Shown: positions 35,195 through 43,139 of the stretch, one piece after another
How the letters are laid out: every line of letters begins with the position of its first letter
Numbering within the stretch: position 1 is the first letter of the stretch
From: an uncultured Lentisphaeria bacterium
GTDB taxonomy: Bacteria; Verrucomicrobiota; Lentisphaeria; Oligosphaerales; Oligosphaeraceae
Direction of reading: 5' to 3'
Length of the DNA: 53,178 bases
NCBI GenBank assembly: GCA_945827525.1
Contig: CALZPA010000001.1
Location: forward strand, 1-53,178
Position numbers and translations under genes: made by a program
The notes under the pieces: model-generated
What the model saw: the letters and a program-made list of their open reading frames with translations, nothing else
Told to the model about the DNA's origin: nothing
Database searches by the model: none

Positions 35195-37168
35195 ATGAGC
35201 CTCCAGCCCCCCACCCTGACCCGCCTTGAAGGCACCCTGCCCGCCATGGCTCTCCTCCCCCTGGACAGCGACCATCTCCTCGCCGCCGGAGACGGACGAC
35301 TCGCCGTCTACGACGTCGCCACGCCCACCTGTCCGCGCCTCATCGGGCAGCTTGAGGGCATCGCCTCCGCCCGGCAGATTGCCGTCGCCGGACGCTTCGC
35401 CCTCGTCACCGCGCGCGAGCGCGGACTCTGGGTCGTCGATGTCAGCGACCTCAGCCGTCCGCGGCTCGTCCACCGGCAGGAGACCGTCGAGCTCGCCACC
35501 GGCATCGCCGCCGACGGCGACCTCATCTACGTCGCCCAGCGACTCTACGGCGTCGAGCTCCTGCGGCTGCTCCCCGACGGCCACCTCGTCCACCTCTCAC
35601 GCGCCATCACCGACGAGGCGCAGTCCGTCGTCGTCACCCCCGACGGCTGCTGCGTCGGCGACTGGATGACCGGCAAGGTCACGCGCCTCCGCCTGACCGC
35701 GACCGGACAGCTCCGCCACGCCGGCTTCGCCCGCCTCGACGGCTTCGGCGACGGCCTCGCCCTCGTCGGAGACCTCCTCCTCGCCGCCACCGGACACCAT
35801 TCCCAGACGCTGCCCCCCGCCGAGCGTCCGGGGCGCGGACATGGGCTCGAACTCTTCCGGCTCCCCGAACATGGCGCGCCCATCCGGCTCGGCGGACTCC
35901 ATTTCCCCGTCTGGCCCGAGACCCTCAACGACTTCTGGACAGTCCGCTCCGACGGCCAGACCGCGTTCTGCGCCGACACCCACAACGGCCTCCACCTCGT
36001 CGACATCCGCAAGCCACACGCGCCAACCCTCCTCGCCTCCTTCCGCCTCCCCGAACAGGACTTCGGCAGACGCCCCGCCGACGGCTCACCACGACGGCTC
36101 CCCGACTGCGTCACCAGCGTCGCCCTCGCCGCCCGCGGCGTCGCCTTCGTCTCCGGACTCTGCACGGGACTCTGGCTCTGCCAGAGCCCCCTCGCCGACG
36201 GCACCGCACCTCGGCGTGAGACATTCGCCGACCAGACTCCCACCGTGCACCGCACGCTGCGCCCGCGTCCGCCGCGGACGCTTCCGCATCATCGGCGCGT
36301 CCTCGCGGGACACGACATCCGTCAGCTCTGGCCCGACGGCGACCGCCTCTGGGTCGCCGCCTCCCATGACGGGCTCCTGCTCCTCGACGGCGGCGACCTC
36401 ACGCTTCGCCAGACCTTCCCACTCGGCTGCGTCCATGACGTCTGTCGCCGAGGCGACCGCCTGTACGTCGCCCGCGACCTCGGGGTGCTGGAGCTGCTGG
36501 ACATCCTGCCGGACCGCACGCTCCGCCCCGTCGCCCGCTTCTCGCAGCCGGGTGTGGCCATCCGGCACATCCATCTGTCGCAGGACGGACGCTTCGCGCT
36601 CGTCTCGGGCGGCACGGGCGTCTCCTGCATCCTCGACCTCACCGCCCTGCCTGACATCCGGCTGGCCCATCGCCATGCGCCTGGCGGCATCCAGTACGGC
36701 GACGGCTTCCCCGAACACGACCTCGACGGCATCATCCCCCAGAACTGGCACTACACCGGCCTGGCCTGGTACGACCTCCGGGGCGACCAGCCCACCCTCC
36801 TCCGCCATGACCGAACCCCACGCCTCGCCGACCAAATCGACGGCATCGGCCTCTTCCGAGGACAGTTCCTCCTGGCCGCCTGGGGACATGGCTATCTCCT
36901 CGGAAACCAGCATGGCTTCCGTCTCCACTCCGTCCCCAGACACCAGCCCCACGGCATTCCGTCCTGGGACGGCGACCGCACCGTCCTCTTCTCCTGCCGA
37001 CGCAACGGCACCATCCAGGCCTACGACTTCGCCGACCCGACCCATGCCGTCTTCCTGCCCGAACGCTCCCTCGTCCTCAACGGAACCCCCGGACGCATCC
37101 ACTTCAGCCCCGACGGACGAGCCCTCATCCCCGCCGGACACGACGGACTCCTCGTGGAGAAACCGTGA
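35195..37168 (+). CDS. LVIVD-repeat beta-propeller protein (657 aa), no signal peptide
   Basis: Recurrent motifs RGLWVVDVSDLSRPRLV, GLHLVDIRKPHAPTLL and LGVLELLDILPDRTLRPV. ATG 35195 is the first plausible start; the upstream ORF extension is antisense to pseudopilin 2. Confidence 0.6.
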   Translation: MSLQPPTLTRLEGTLPAMALLPLDSDHLLAAGDGRLAVYDVATPTCPRLIGQLEGIASARQIAVAGRFALVTARERGLWVVDVSDLSRPRLVHRQETVELATGIAADGDLIYVAQRLYGVELLRLLPDGHLVHLSRAITDEAQSVVVTPDGCCVGDWMTGKVTRLRLTATGQLRHAGFARLDGFGDGLALVGDLLLAATGHHSQTLPPAERPGRGHGLELFRLPEHGAPIRLGGLHFPVWPETLNDFWTVRSDGQTAFCADTHNGLHLVDIRKPHAPTLLASFRLPEQDFGRRPADGSPRRLPDCVTSVALAARGVAFVSGLCTGLWLCQSPLADGTAPRRETFADQTPTVHRTLRPRPPRTLPHHRRVLAGHDIRQLWPDGDRLWVAASHDGLLLLDGGDLTLRQTFPLGCVHDVCRRGDRLYVARDLGVLELLDILPDRTLRPVARFSQPGVAIRHIHLSQDGRFALVSGGTGVSCILDLTALPDIRLAHRHAPGGIQYGDGFPEHDLDGIIPQNWHYTGLAWYDLRGDQPTLLRHDRTPRLADQIDGIGLFRGQFLLAAWGHGYLLGNQHGFRLHSVPRHQPHGIPSWDGDRTVLFSCRRNGTIQAYDFADPTHAVFLPERSLVLNGTPGRIHFSPDGRALIPAGHDGLLVEKP

Positions 37169-37257
37169 AGCCGCTGCCGCCGCGACAGCGGCGCAACTCG
37201 ACCTAACGCGGCTGATGGCGTCCCAGGCAAGACCTGCAGGAGCCAACCGCCGACAGC

Positions 37258-37322
37258 AAAAAGGACAGGCCAGCGCACGCCAGTTCCAGGCAGTTTCCTG
37301 GAGGGGTGCGTCTGGCCTGTCC
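37258..37322 (-). terminator. Terminator for the 37355-40909 gene, between convergent genes
   Basis: ggacaggccagcgcac / gtgcgtctggcctgtcc give a stem of 11+5 bp with one bulge. It is followed on the minus strand by U5 (plus-strand aaaaa at 37258-37262) and starts 33 nt after the stop. Confidence 0.6.
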
Positions 37323-37354
37323 GGGGTGGTGGCCTATGCGTCGGCGACGAGAGA

Positions 37355-40300
37355 CTACGGGAGCAGGATGAGATCCATGAACTGGTCGGGACGCTTGGGC
37401 GCCTGGCCGATGCCAGGTGTGAGCTCGAGCCAGCCGATGCGCTGCTTGCCGTCATTCATGTTGATGATGACGTTGAAGCGCGTCGCGGAGTTGGGGACAA
37501 GCCGGAAGGGGCTGATGGAGATGGGCGGGAGGGCCAGCTCGTAGACGACGCCGGCAGGTGTCTGGCGGATGGCGCAGTCACCCTGGTCGGTGCGTCCGAG
37601 CGGCTTCGGCAGGGAGTCGTAGGTGCTGGCGGAGCCGGCTATGCGGACGAGCAGAGGCTTTCCCTGGAAGAGGGAGAGGGAATATTCGAAGTCATCGTCC
37701 TGATATCCGGCGGTTCCCCTGACGGCGTTGGCGATGGTGTCGAACGCGAACTGGAGACCGTCGCCCCGCCAGGTCGCAGACTCGCCGAGCGTGTCGACGG
37801 GATGGAAGCCGTCCTTGCGGACGAGGAAGGAGAGATAGAGGCGGCTGTCGTCCCAGCGGCAGCGGAAGTCGACGGTAGTCTGCTTCTGGGCGTCGGTCCA
37901 GGGAATCTCCTGGACGGCGTTGCGGCTGGTGAGGGTGACGGGCGGGGTGTCCTGCCAGTCGTCGAGGCTGCCGTCGATGGTGATGGGCGCGGTGGCTCTG
38001 GGGATGAAGAGGGCGCGCAGCGGCTCGTTGAGCGTCTCGCGCTGATTCAGGGCGGGGACATCGACGAGGAGCTGGAGGTTGATGGGCGTCATGCTGATGG
38101 CGCTGGCGGTGCGGAATTCGATGGTGGCGGTCTCCTCGGCGGGGATGCCGTCGAAGGGGATGGCCAGGGAGCCGCTGACGAGTCCGGGGGTCTGGACGGA
38201 GACGGTGCCGGAGAGCGGGCGCGCCGTCAGGTTGGTGATGCGGACGGCGAAGCGATTGGGCGAGATGATGTTGATGGAGGCGCGGAACGCCTTGTCGGAG
38301 GTGGTCATCTGGGCGTTGGCGATGAGGCTGGCGAGCTGGGTGGCGGGGAGTTCGGACTCGAGGTAGATGGGGCATTCGTCGAGAGTGAAGGCGTTGCCGC
38401 CGAGCCGTGAGCCCATGAAGTCGAAGGCCTTGATGGAGTCGGTGCTGCCGAAGCGGATGGTCTCGGGCTTGCCGTTCCATTTCCAGAGGACGGCGACGCG
38501 GTGGGTGCCGCGGTCGAAGAGGTAGCAGCGGACATTGGCGCCGAGACGGACCTGTCCGGCGGGGCGGCCGTCCTCGAGCCGGTCGGCGGCGGCGCGGACA
38601 GCGTAGAGGTAGAGGGAGGGCATGACGGCGTGGCGGTTGTCGCCGTTGCCGGGACGCAGGCAGCCCCAGGCGGTCTGGCAGAACACGTCGCCCATGTCGA
38701 AGTGGAAGTAGGTCTCGACGCCGCTGGCGAAGCCGATGATGTTGTTTCGGATGTCACGGGCGGTGTTGACGACGCAGGCGGGCAGGATGCGGTTGTCGGG
38801 ATAGGCCGAGGGGAAGACGCGTCCGGCCTCGGTGGAGAAGAAGCGGTAGTTGGGGTTATGGCGGCGCGCCATCTTCTGGAGACTCCGCATGTCCTCGGCG
38901 TAGTCGGGGAGTTCCGGGAGCTGTCGGTAGGGGTGTTCGGAGATGATGTCGAGCCGCTGTGCGACACCGGGCTTGGAGATGACGGTCTCGATCCAGGGGA
39001 CGGCGGTGCCGCAGGCGTCGGGGCCGGCGATGAGGGCGTTGGGGTCGGCGGCGCGGATGGTGTCGGCGGTGGCGATGATGCAGCGCGCGACGGCGTCGGG
39101 GGTGACGACATCGAGACGGTCGGGGTCGGGGTTGGTGGAGCGTCCGGACCAGATGTTGGGCTCGTTGAGGATTTCATAGACGTCGACAAGTCCCCGGATC
39201 TCGCGGATCTTTTGGCCCAGGTAGGTCTGCCAGGAGGTGTAGTCCTTGGGGAGGAAGAAGGCCTCCTTGCCCTGGAGGACATTGTCGAGGCAGAAGAGGA
39301 CGCCGATGCCGGCGTCATGGAAATCCCGGACGGCTTCGAAGCCGTGGCCCTTGGAGAGCCAGACGCGGGCGTAGCCGAGACGGAACATCTTCATCATGTC
39401 GAGGGTGATGTCGAGGTTCTGCGTGCGGGTGCTGGAGACGTTGATGCCGAAGCGTCGGACGACGGGACGCGGGCGGTCGATGACGCCGAAGGGGAGGACG
39501 TGCTCGTCGGCGTGGTCTCCGTCCGTGACGGTGACGATGAGCGTCAGCCAGCCGCGGGCGTCCTGGGGGACGGTGATGTCGAGGCGTTCCCGTGAGGGCA
39601 GGCCGCCGACGGGCCGTGGCGGCACGGAGGCGATGGTCTTGCCGAAGACGTTTTCGACTCTCCAGGCGAGCGTGGCCTGCCGGACATCGGCGCGGGCGGG
39701 CTCGAGGGCGAGGGTTGCGGTGATGGGGTCGCCGGGGTGGTAGATGGTGGAGTCATGGTTGAGGTTGCCGGCGATCCAGACGTGGGCGTCGTCAGCGAAG
39801 CGGGTGTCGAGACTGAGCCTGGAGGAGGCGTCGTCGATCCAGACGGTGGCGTCGGGCTCGAAGTCGAGCCGAGGGAAGACGAGGTTGTAGAGGGCGCCAT
39901 AGGTGTTGGCGGGGGTGCCGATTCTCACCACGCCGGGCGCGTCCTTGCCGTATTCGGGCACATTGAGGGTGAACCGCTGCCATTCGGGGGTGACGCGGAC
40001 GGTCTTCAGGTAGGTGTGGGCGTTGGCGGGGAAGAGGTTGATGTGGACGTTGGTGGGACGGGCGGCCTTCATCCAGACGGAGAAGGAGATGGGCTTGCCG
40101 GTGACGGTGGGGACAGGCTGGAAGTGGAGCTTGTTGACGCTGTTGGGAGGAGTGGTGACCTTGAAGGAGCGCTTGCCCGAGTGGGCGGTGGTGTCGTCTG
40201 TCTCGACCTTGAGGGCGCCGGTGAAGCCGATGTCGCGGTAGTCGTAGTGCTTGCCGTCCGTCTTGGAGGCGAGGAGGCTGAAGTCGGCATAGGCGAGGCC

Positions 40301-40909
40301 ATAGAGACCGCGCTCGGCGCCGCCATTGACGAGATTCTCGCGGGCGGCATCGAAGGGCTTTTCCTCGACGATGGGGGTGAAGGAGCAGTCGCCGAGGGTG
40401 AAGACGGCGGGCTTGGGGAAGCTGAGCCGGAGTCGGAGGTGGCGGATGTCGGCGGGGAGCCGCTGGTCGAAGGTGAAGGTCTGGGGCTCCGGGCCGGCGA
40501 GGCAGTTTTTGACGCGCCAGTAGTGGCCGTTGGGCTTGCCGTTGACGGTGGCCTCGCCCTCGAAGTAGAGCTCGAAGGGGGCATGGGGCGTGGCGCTGAG
40601 CGTGACGGCTAGGCGCGCATTGCGGTCAGGGACGGCGTTTCGGATGGGGATGCGGAGCGTGAACTCGGTGCGGGGTCTCCCGTCGGCGAGGAGGCGTGTG
40701 GTGTCGAGGACGAGCTTGCCGTCCCGGAAGGAGACTCCGAGGAGTCCGTCCGTGTCCTTGGGGATGGTCTGGAGGCTGGCGGCATAGTGCCTCTCGGAGT
40801 CGAGGATGGCGTCACGCGCTGGGGCGAGGGTATGTCCGTCCCAGTCGTGGACGATGGCGAGGAGCGGGAGGGCGCAGAGCAGGCCCAGGATGGAGGCGAG
40901 TCGTTTCAT
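37355..40909 (-). CDS. Large secreted multidomain protein, putative clan GH-A glycoside hydrolase with CBM-like N-terminal and CBM9-like C-terminal domains (1184 aa)
   Basis: Signal peptide MKRLASILGLLCALPLLA (ATG 40909). TIM-barrel-like motifs YEILNEPNIW and FSTEAG. C-terminus DGSLDDWQD...WDDSRLYLSF...GDGLQFAFD resembles CBM9/DOMON-like modules. The GH family is not assigned. Confidence 0.6.
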   Translation of the reverse strand: MKRLASILGLLCALPLLAIVHDWDGHTLAPARDAILDSERHYAASLQTIPKDTDGLLGVSFRDGKLVLDTTRLLADGRPRTEFTLRIPIRNAVPDRNARLAVTLSATPHAPFELYFEGEATVNGKPNGHYWRVKNCLAGPEPQTFTFDQRLPADIRHLRLRLSFPKPAVFTLGDCSFTPIVEEKPFDAARENLVNGGAERGLYGLAYADFSLLASKTDGKHYDYRDIGFTGALKVETDDTTAHSGKRSFKVTTPPNSVNKLHFQPVPTVTGKPISFSVWMKAARPTNVHINLFPANAHTYLKTVRVTPEWQRFTLNVPEYGKDAPGVVRIGTPANTYGALYNLVFPRLDFEPDATVWIDDASSRLSLDTRFADDAHVWIAGNLNHDSTIYHPGDPITATLALEPARADVRQATLAWRVENVFGKTIASVPPRPVGGLPSRERLDITVPQDARGWLTLIVTVTDGDHADEHVLPFGVIDRPRPVVRRFGINVSSTRTQNLDITLDMMKMFRLGYARVWLSKGHGFEAVRDFHDAGIGVLFCLDNVLQGKEAFFLPKDYTSWQTYLGQKIREIRGLVDVYEILNEPNIWSGRSTNPDPDRLDVVTPDAVARCIIATADTIRAADPNALIAGPDACGTAVPWIETVISKPGVAQRLDIISEHPYRQLPELPDYAEDMRSLQKMARRHNPNYRFFSTEAGRVFPSAYPDNRILPACVVNTARDIRNNIIGFASGVETYFHFDMGDVFCQTAWGCLRPGNGDNRHAVMPSLYLYAVRAAADRLEDGRPAGQVRLGANVRCYLFDRGTHRVAVLWKWNGKPETIRFGSTDSIKAFDFMGSRLGGNAFTLDECPIYLESELPATQLASLIANAQMTTSDKAFRASINIISPNRFAVRITNLTARPLSGTVSVQTPGLVSGSLAIPFDGIPAEETATIEFRTASAISMTPINLQLLVDVPALNQRETLNEPLRALFIPRATAPITIDGSLDDWQDTPPVTLTSRNAVQEIPWTDAQKQTTVDFRCRWDDSRLYLSFLVRKDGFHPVDTLGESATWRGDGLQFAFDTIANAVRGTAGYQDDDFEYSLSLFQGKPLLVRIAGSASTYDSLPKPLGRTDQGDCAIRQTPAGVVYELALPPISISPFRLVPNSATRFNVIINMNDGKQRIGWLELTPGIGQAPKRPDQFMDLILLP

Positions 40910-40962
40910 GGCGTTTGCTTTGGGTAGTGTGTGTGGTGAGGTGGCCGGGCATCGGCTCCGGG

Positions 40963-41688
40963 TCACTGGATGCGCGAGGTGTAGAGTTCCGTTTCGGCGG
41001 TGTTGGTGTTGGCGTACCCGACCTTGCGGATGATGCGGAAGGCGTCGGCGTGTCCGTCGAGGCAGAGCATGTGGCAGCGGAGGTTGTGGTTGGTGCCGTA
41101 ATCGTCCGAAGACCAGAAGACGGCTTCGCCGGTGCTGCCGGAGACGCCACAGGCGGCTTCCTTGCTCTTGGTGTTGTCCGCCACATCGAGTCGGGTGCCG
41201 CTGGCGTTGTTCTCGGCGAGGAGGATGGCGCTGGCGGGCTGCTTGATGGAGATGGTGCGCGGGACGGAGGCGCCGTCGCTCATGTTGATCCAGGCGTAGG
41301 GGATGGCGTAGCTGCGGCGCAGCGTGGAGCTGCGGCTGTCGGCGGGGCACTGGAAGAGCTTCCAGTTGCCGGTGGGCCAGCCGCTGCCGGTGAAGGGGTA
41401 GTTCAGATAGCTCTTGCCGAGAACGTAGTCCCAGTGGTAGCGCTGCGTATAGAGATGGGGGGCTCTGGCTCGGGAGTTGTCGATGGGCGGGGCGACGTAG
41501 TCGTCGTAGTCGGACTGGTAGAGTGCGAGGCAGATGCCGAGCTGCTTGAGGTTGTTGGTGCAGGAGATGGCGCGGGCCTTCTCGCGGGCCTTGGAGAGGG
41601 CGGGCAACAGCATGGCCGCCAGGATGGCGATGATGGCGATGACGACGAGGAGCTCGATGAGGGTAAAACGGCGCTGTCTGCTTTGCAT
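40963..41688 (-). CDS. Prepilin-type N-terminal domain protein with H-X9-DG motif (pseudopilin paralog 3)
   Basis: [43 protein letters not shown]...[17 protein letters not shown]. The ORF-track upstream extension was rejected. Confidence 0.9.
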   Translation of the reverse strand: MQSRQRRFTLIELLVVIAIIAILAAMLLPALSKAREKARAISCTNNLKQLGICLALYQSDYDDYVAPPIDNSRARAPHLYTQRYHWDYVLGKSYLNYPFTGSGWPTGNWKLFQCPADSRSSTLRRSYAIPYAWINMSDGASVPRTISIKQPASAILLAENNASGTRLDVADNTKSKEAACGVSGSTGEAVFWSSDDYGTNHNLRCHMLCLDGHADAFRIIRKVGYANTNTAETELYTSRIQ

Positions 41689-41746
41689 GGTGTGTGCTGG
41701 CTCTGTGTTGGGGTGGTGTGTAAAGATTTTTCTGGGGGCTTGGGGG

Positions 41747-42787
41747 CTAGATACTGGAAAGGGTGTGGGTATGGGGGATGCCGCCGAGGTGTTCCCGGAC
41801 GATGATGCCGTAGTAGGGGTCCTCCAGTTGCCGGAGGTAGTGCTCCCGCAGTTGCTCGGGGGACATGAGGTCGACGTGGAGAGGGATGTGGCGGATGGTG
41901 GGCTGGGGCCGCTCGACCATCTCGACAAGGCGCTCCATAGCGGTGGTGACGAAAGTCCGGAGGGGACGGATCATGGCGCAGATGACCTTCGGCGACTCGA
42001 TGAGGTCGTAGGGCAGCGTGTAGCTGTAGACGAACGGGGGAAGGTCGTGGAGTCCCCGCTCCTGGCAGTGCCGGAGAAAATGCCGGGCGAGGACGCTGGA
42101 GAAGAAGACGAGGCAGGTGTGGGGAGCGGCGGCGGCGTCTATCAGCTCCGGCAGGGAGCGGCACTGCATGGCGGCGATGTCCAGGGGGAAGCCACGGGCA
42201 CATTCGCTGGCCAGGCCGGCGTTGAGGGGCAGGCCCTCATGGACGCAGAGCACGCGCCGGAAGCCGCGTTGGGAAAGGATCTCGAAAAGGCGCAGGAAAC
42301 AGTCACGCTCATTCAGGTAGACGGCGTTGCAGGCGGGGTGTGGGGAGTAGAGCAGCAGCGGGACGTTCTGGACGAAGGCCGGTGGCGGCTCATCCACCGG
42401 AAGGTGGAGATGGTAGAGGATGCCGTCCGCCTGGCGGCTGACGAGATTCCGCAGGCTCTCCAGCTCCTTCTGGCGGTCATAGTGGGTCAGGGACAGCAGC
42501 AGCTGGTACCCATGCCGCTCCGCCTCATCCATCAGGCACTGGGTGAGGAAGCTGCTGTAGACTCTGGCTATCTCGCTGATGACCAGACCCAGTGTCCGGC
42601 TCCTCCCCATCTTCAGCGAGCGCGCCGTCGCCGAGGGCGTGTAGTGCAGCTCCCGCACCGCCTCGTCTATCCGGCGCTTCGTCTGCTCCGAGATCCGCGC
42701 CGACAGCGGATGGTGGTTCAGATACATGGAGACCAGGGACACCGAGACCCCACCCCGATCCGCTATGTCCTTGATGCGCGTGCGCAT
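41747..42787 (-). CDS. LacI family transcriptional regulator (LacI-2)
   Basis: [29 protein letters not shown] plus a sugar-binding domain. AAGGAG lies upstream of ATG 42787. Confidence 0.92.
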   Translation of the reverse strand: MRTRIKDIADRGGVSVSLVSMYLNHHPLSARISEQTKRRIDEAVRELHYTPSATARSLKMGRSRTLGLVISEIARVYSSFLTQCLMDEAERHGYQLLLSLTHYDRQKELESLRNLVSRQADGILYHLHLPVDEPPPAFVQNVPLLLYSPHPACNAVYLNERDCFLRLFEILSQRGFRRVLCVHEGLPLNAGLASECARGFPLDIAAMQCRSLPELIDAAAAPHTCLVFFSSVLARHFLRHCQERGLHDLPPFVYSYTLPYDLIESPKVICAMIRPLRTFVTTAMERLVEMVERPQPTIRHIPLHVDLMSPEQLREHYLRQLEDPYYGIIVREHLGGIPHTHTLSSI

Positions 42788-42826
42788 ATCCCTTTTCTCG
42801 CTCCTTCGCTATACTCTATCCATGCC

Positions 42827-42844
42827 TGTTGAAACGTTTAAACA
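42827..42844. promoter_or_regulatory. Candidate LacI-2 operator TGTTGAAAC|GTTTAAACA (8 of 9 palindromic pairs, central CG)
   Basis: Read directly. Lies 2 nt downstream of the predicted -10 element of the LacI-2 promoter. Confidence 0.55.
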
Positions 42845-42846
42845 AA

Positions 42847-42874
42847 AACATAGCCACTCATTTTGTTTTTTCAA
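42847..42874 (-). promoter_or_regulatory. Candidate promoter of LacI-2 (TTGAAA-N16-TATGTT)
   Basis: Minus strand reads TTGAAA (42874-42869), a 16-nt spacer, then TATGTT (42852-42847). A second ttttcaagt copy lies 24 bp further upstream (42892-42900). Confidence 0.45.
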
Positions 42875-43053
42875 GTTTCTCTTGGCTGTTCTTTTCAAGT
42901 GTCTCTGTCTCTTACTGTTAGAATTTTATGAGGAAGGACGGGCGGGCGGTGACGTCCCCTGCGGGGGCGTGTGACCCGTCGGACAGGGGCGCATCCGGTC
43001 GTGAACGTCCTTCCCTTCCGAGAATTTGGTGGCCTCACTCACACGCGCGAGGC

Positions 43054-43108
43054 AAAAAAAAGTCCCCGCGCCGCCAACGGGGCTGGCCCGATGGCGGCGC
43101 GGGGGACT
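43054..43108 (-). terminator. Rho-independent terminator of the 43140-46433 gene
   Basis: agtccccgcgccgcc / ggcggcgcgggggact form a 15-bp stem with one bulge. It is followed on the minus strand by U8 (plus-strand a8 at 43054-43061) and starts 31 nt after the stop. Confidence 0.8.
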
Positions 43109-43139
43109 GGGTGTGCGACTGTGTGTGGGGAGGGGGTGA

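Noticed and set aside
40910-41350. N-terminal extensions of the 37355-40909 ORF, and likewise of the 40963-41688, 34325-35056, 32051-32788 and 43140-46433 ORFs
   Set aside because: The extensions are R/P/H-rich, run into neighbouring genes, and precede internal ATGs that are followed by textbook signal peptides or prepilin leaders and preceded by AGGAG-type ribosome-binding sites.
42932-43014. Nested inverted repeats (ggaaggacg...cgtccttcc enclosing acgtcccc-tgc-gggggcgt and cccctg...cagggg) as a possible structured ncRNA
   Set aside because: No convincing promoter or terminator brackets it on either strand. It lies beyond the strong terminator of the minus-strand operon, and short GC stems arise easily in GC-rich DNA. 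It is not supportable as a gene.
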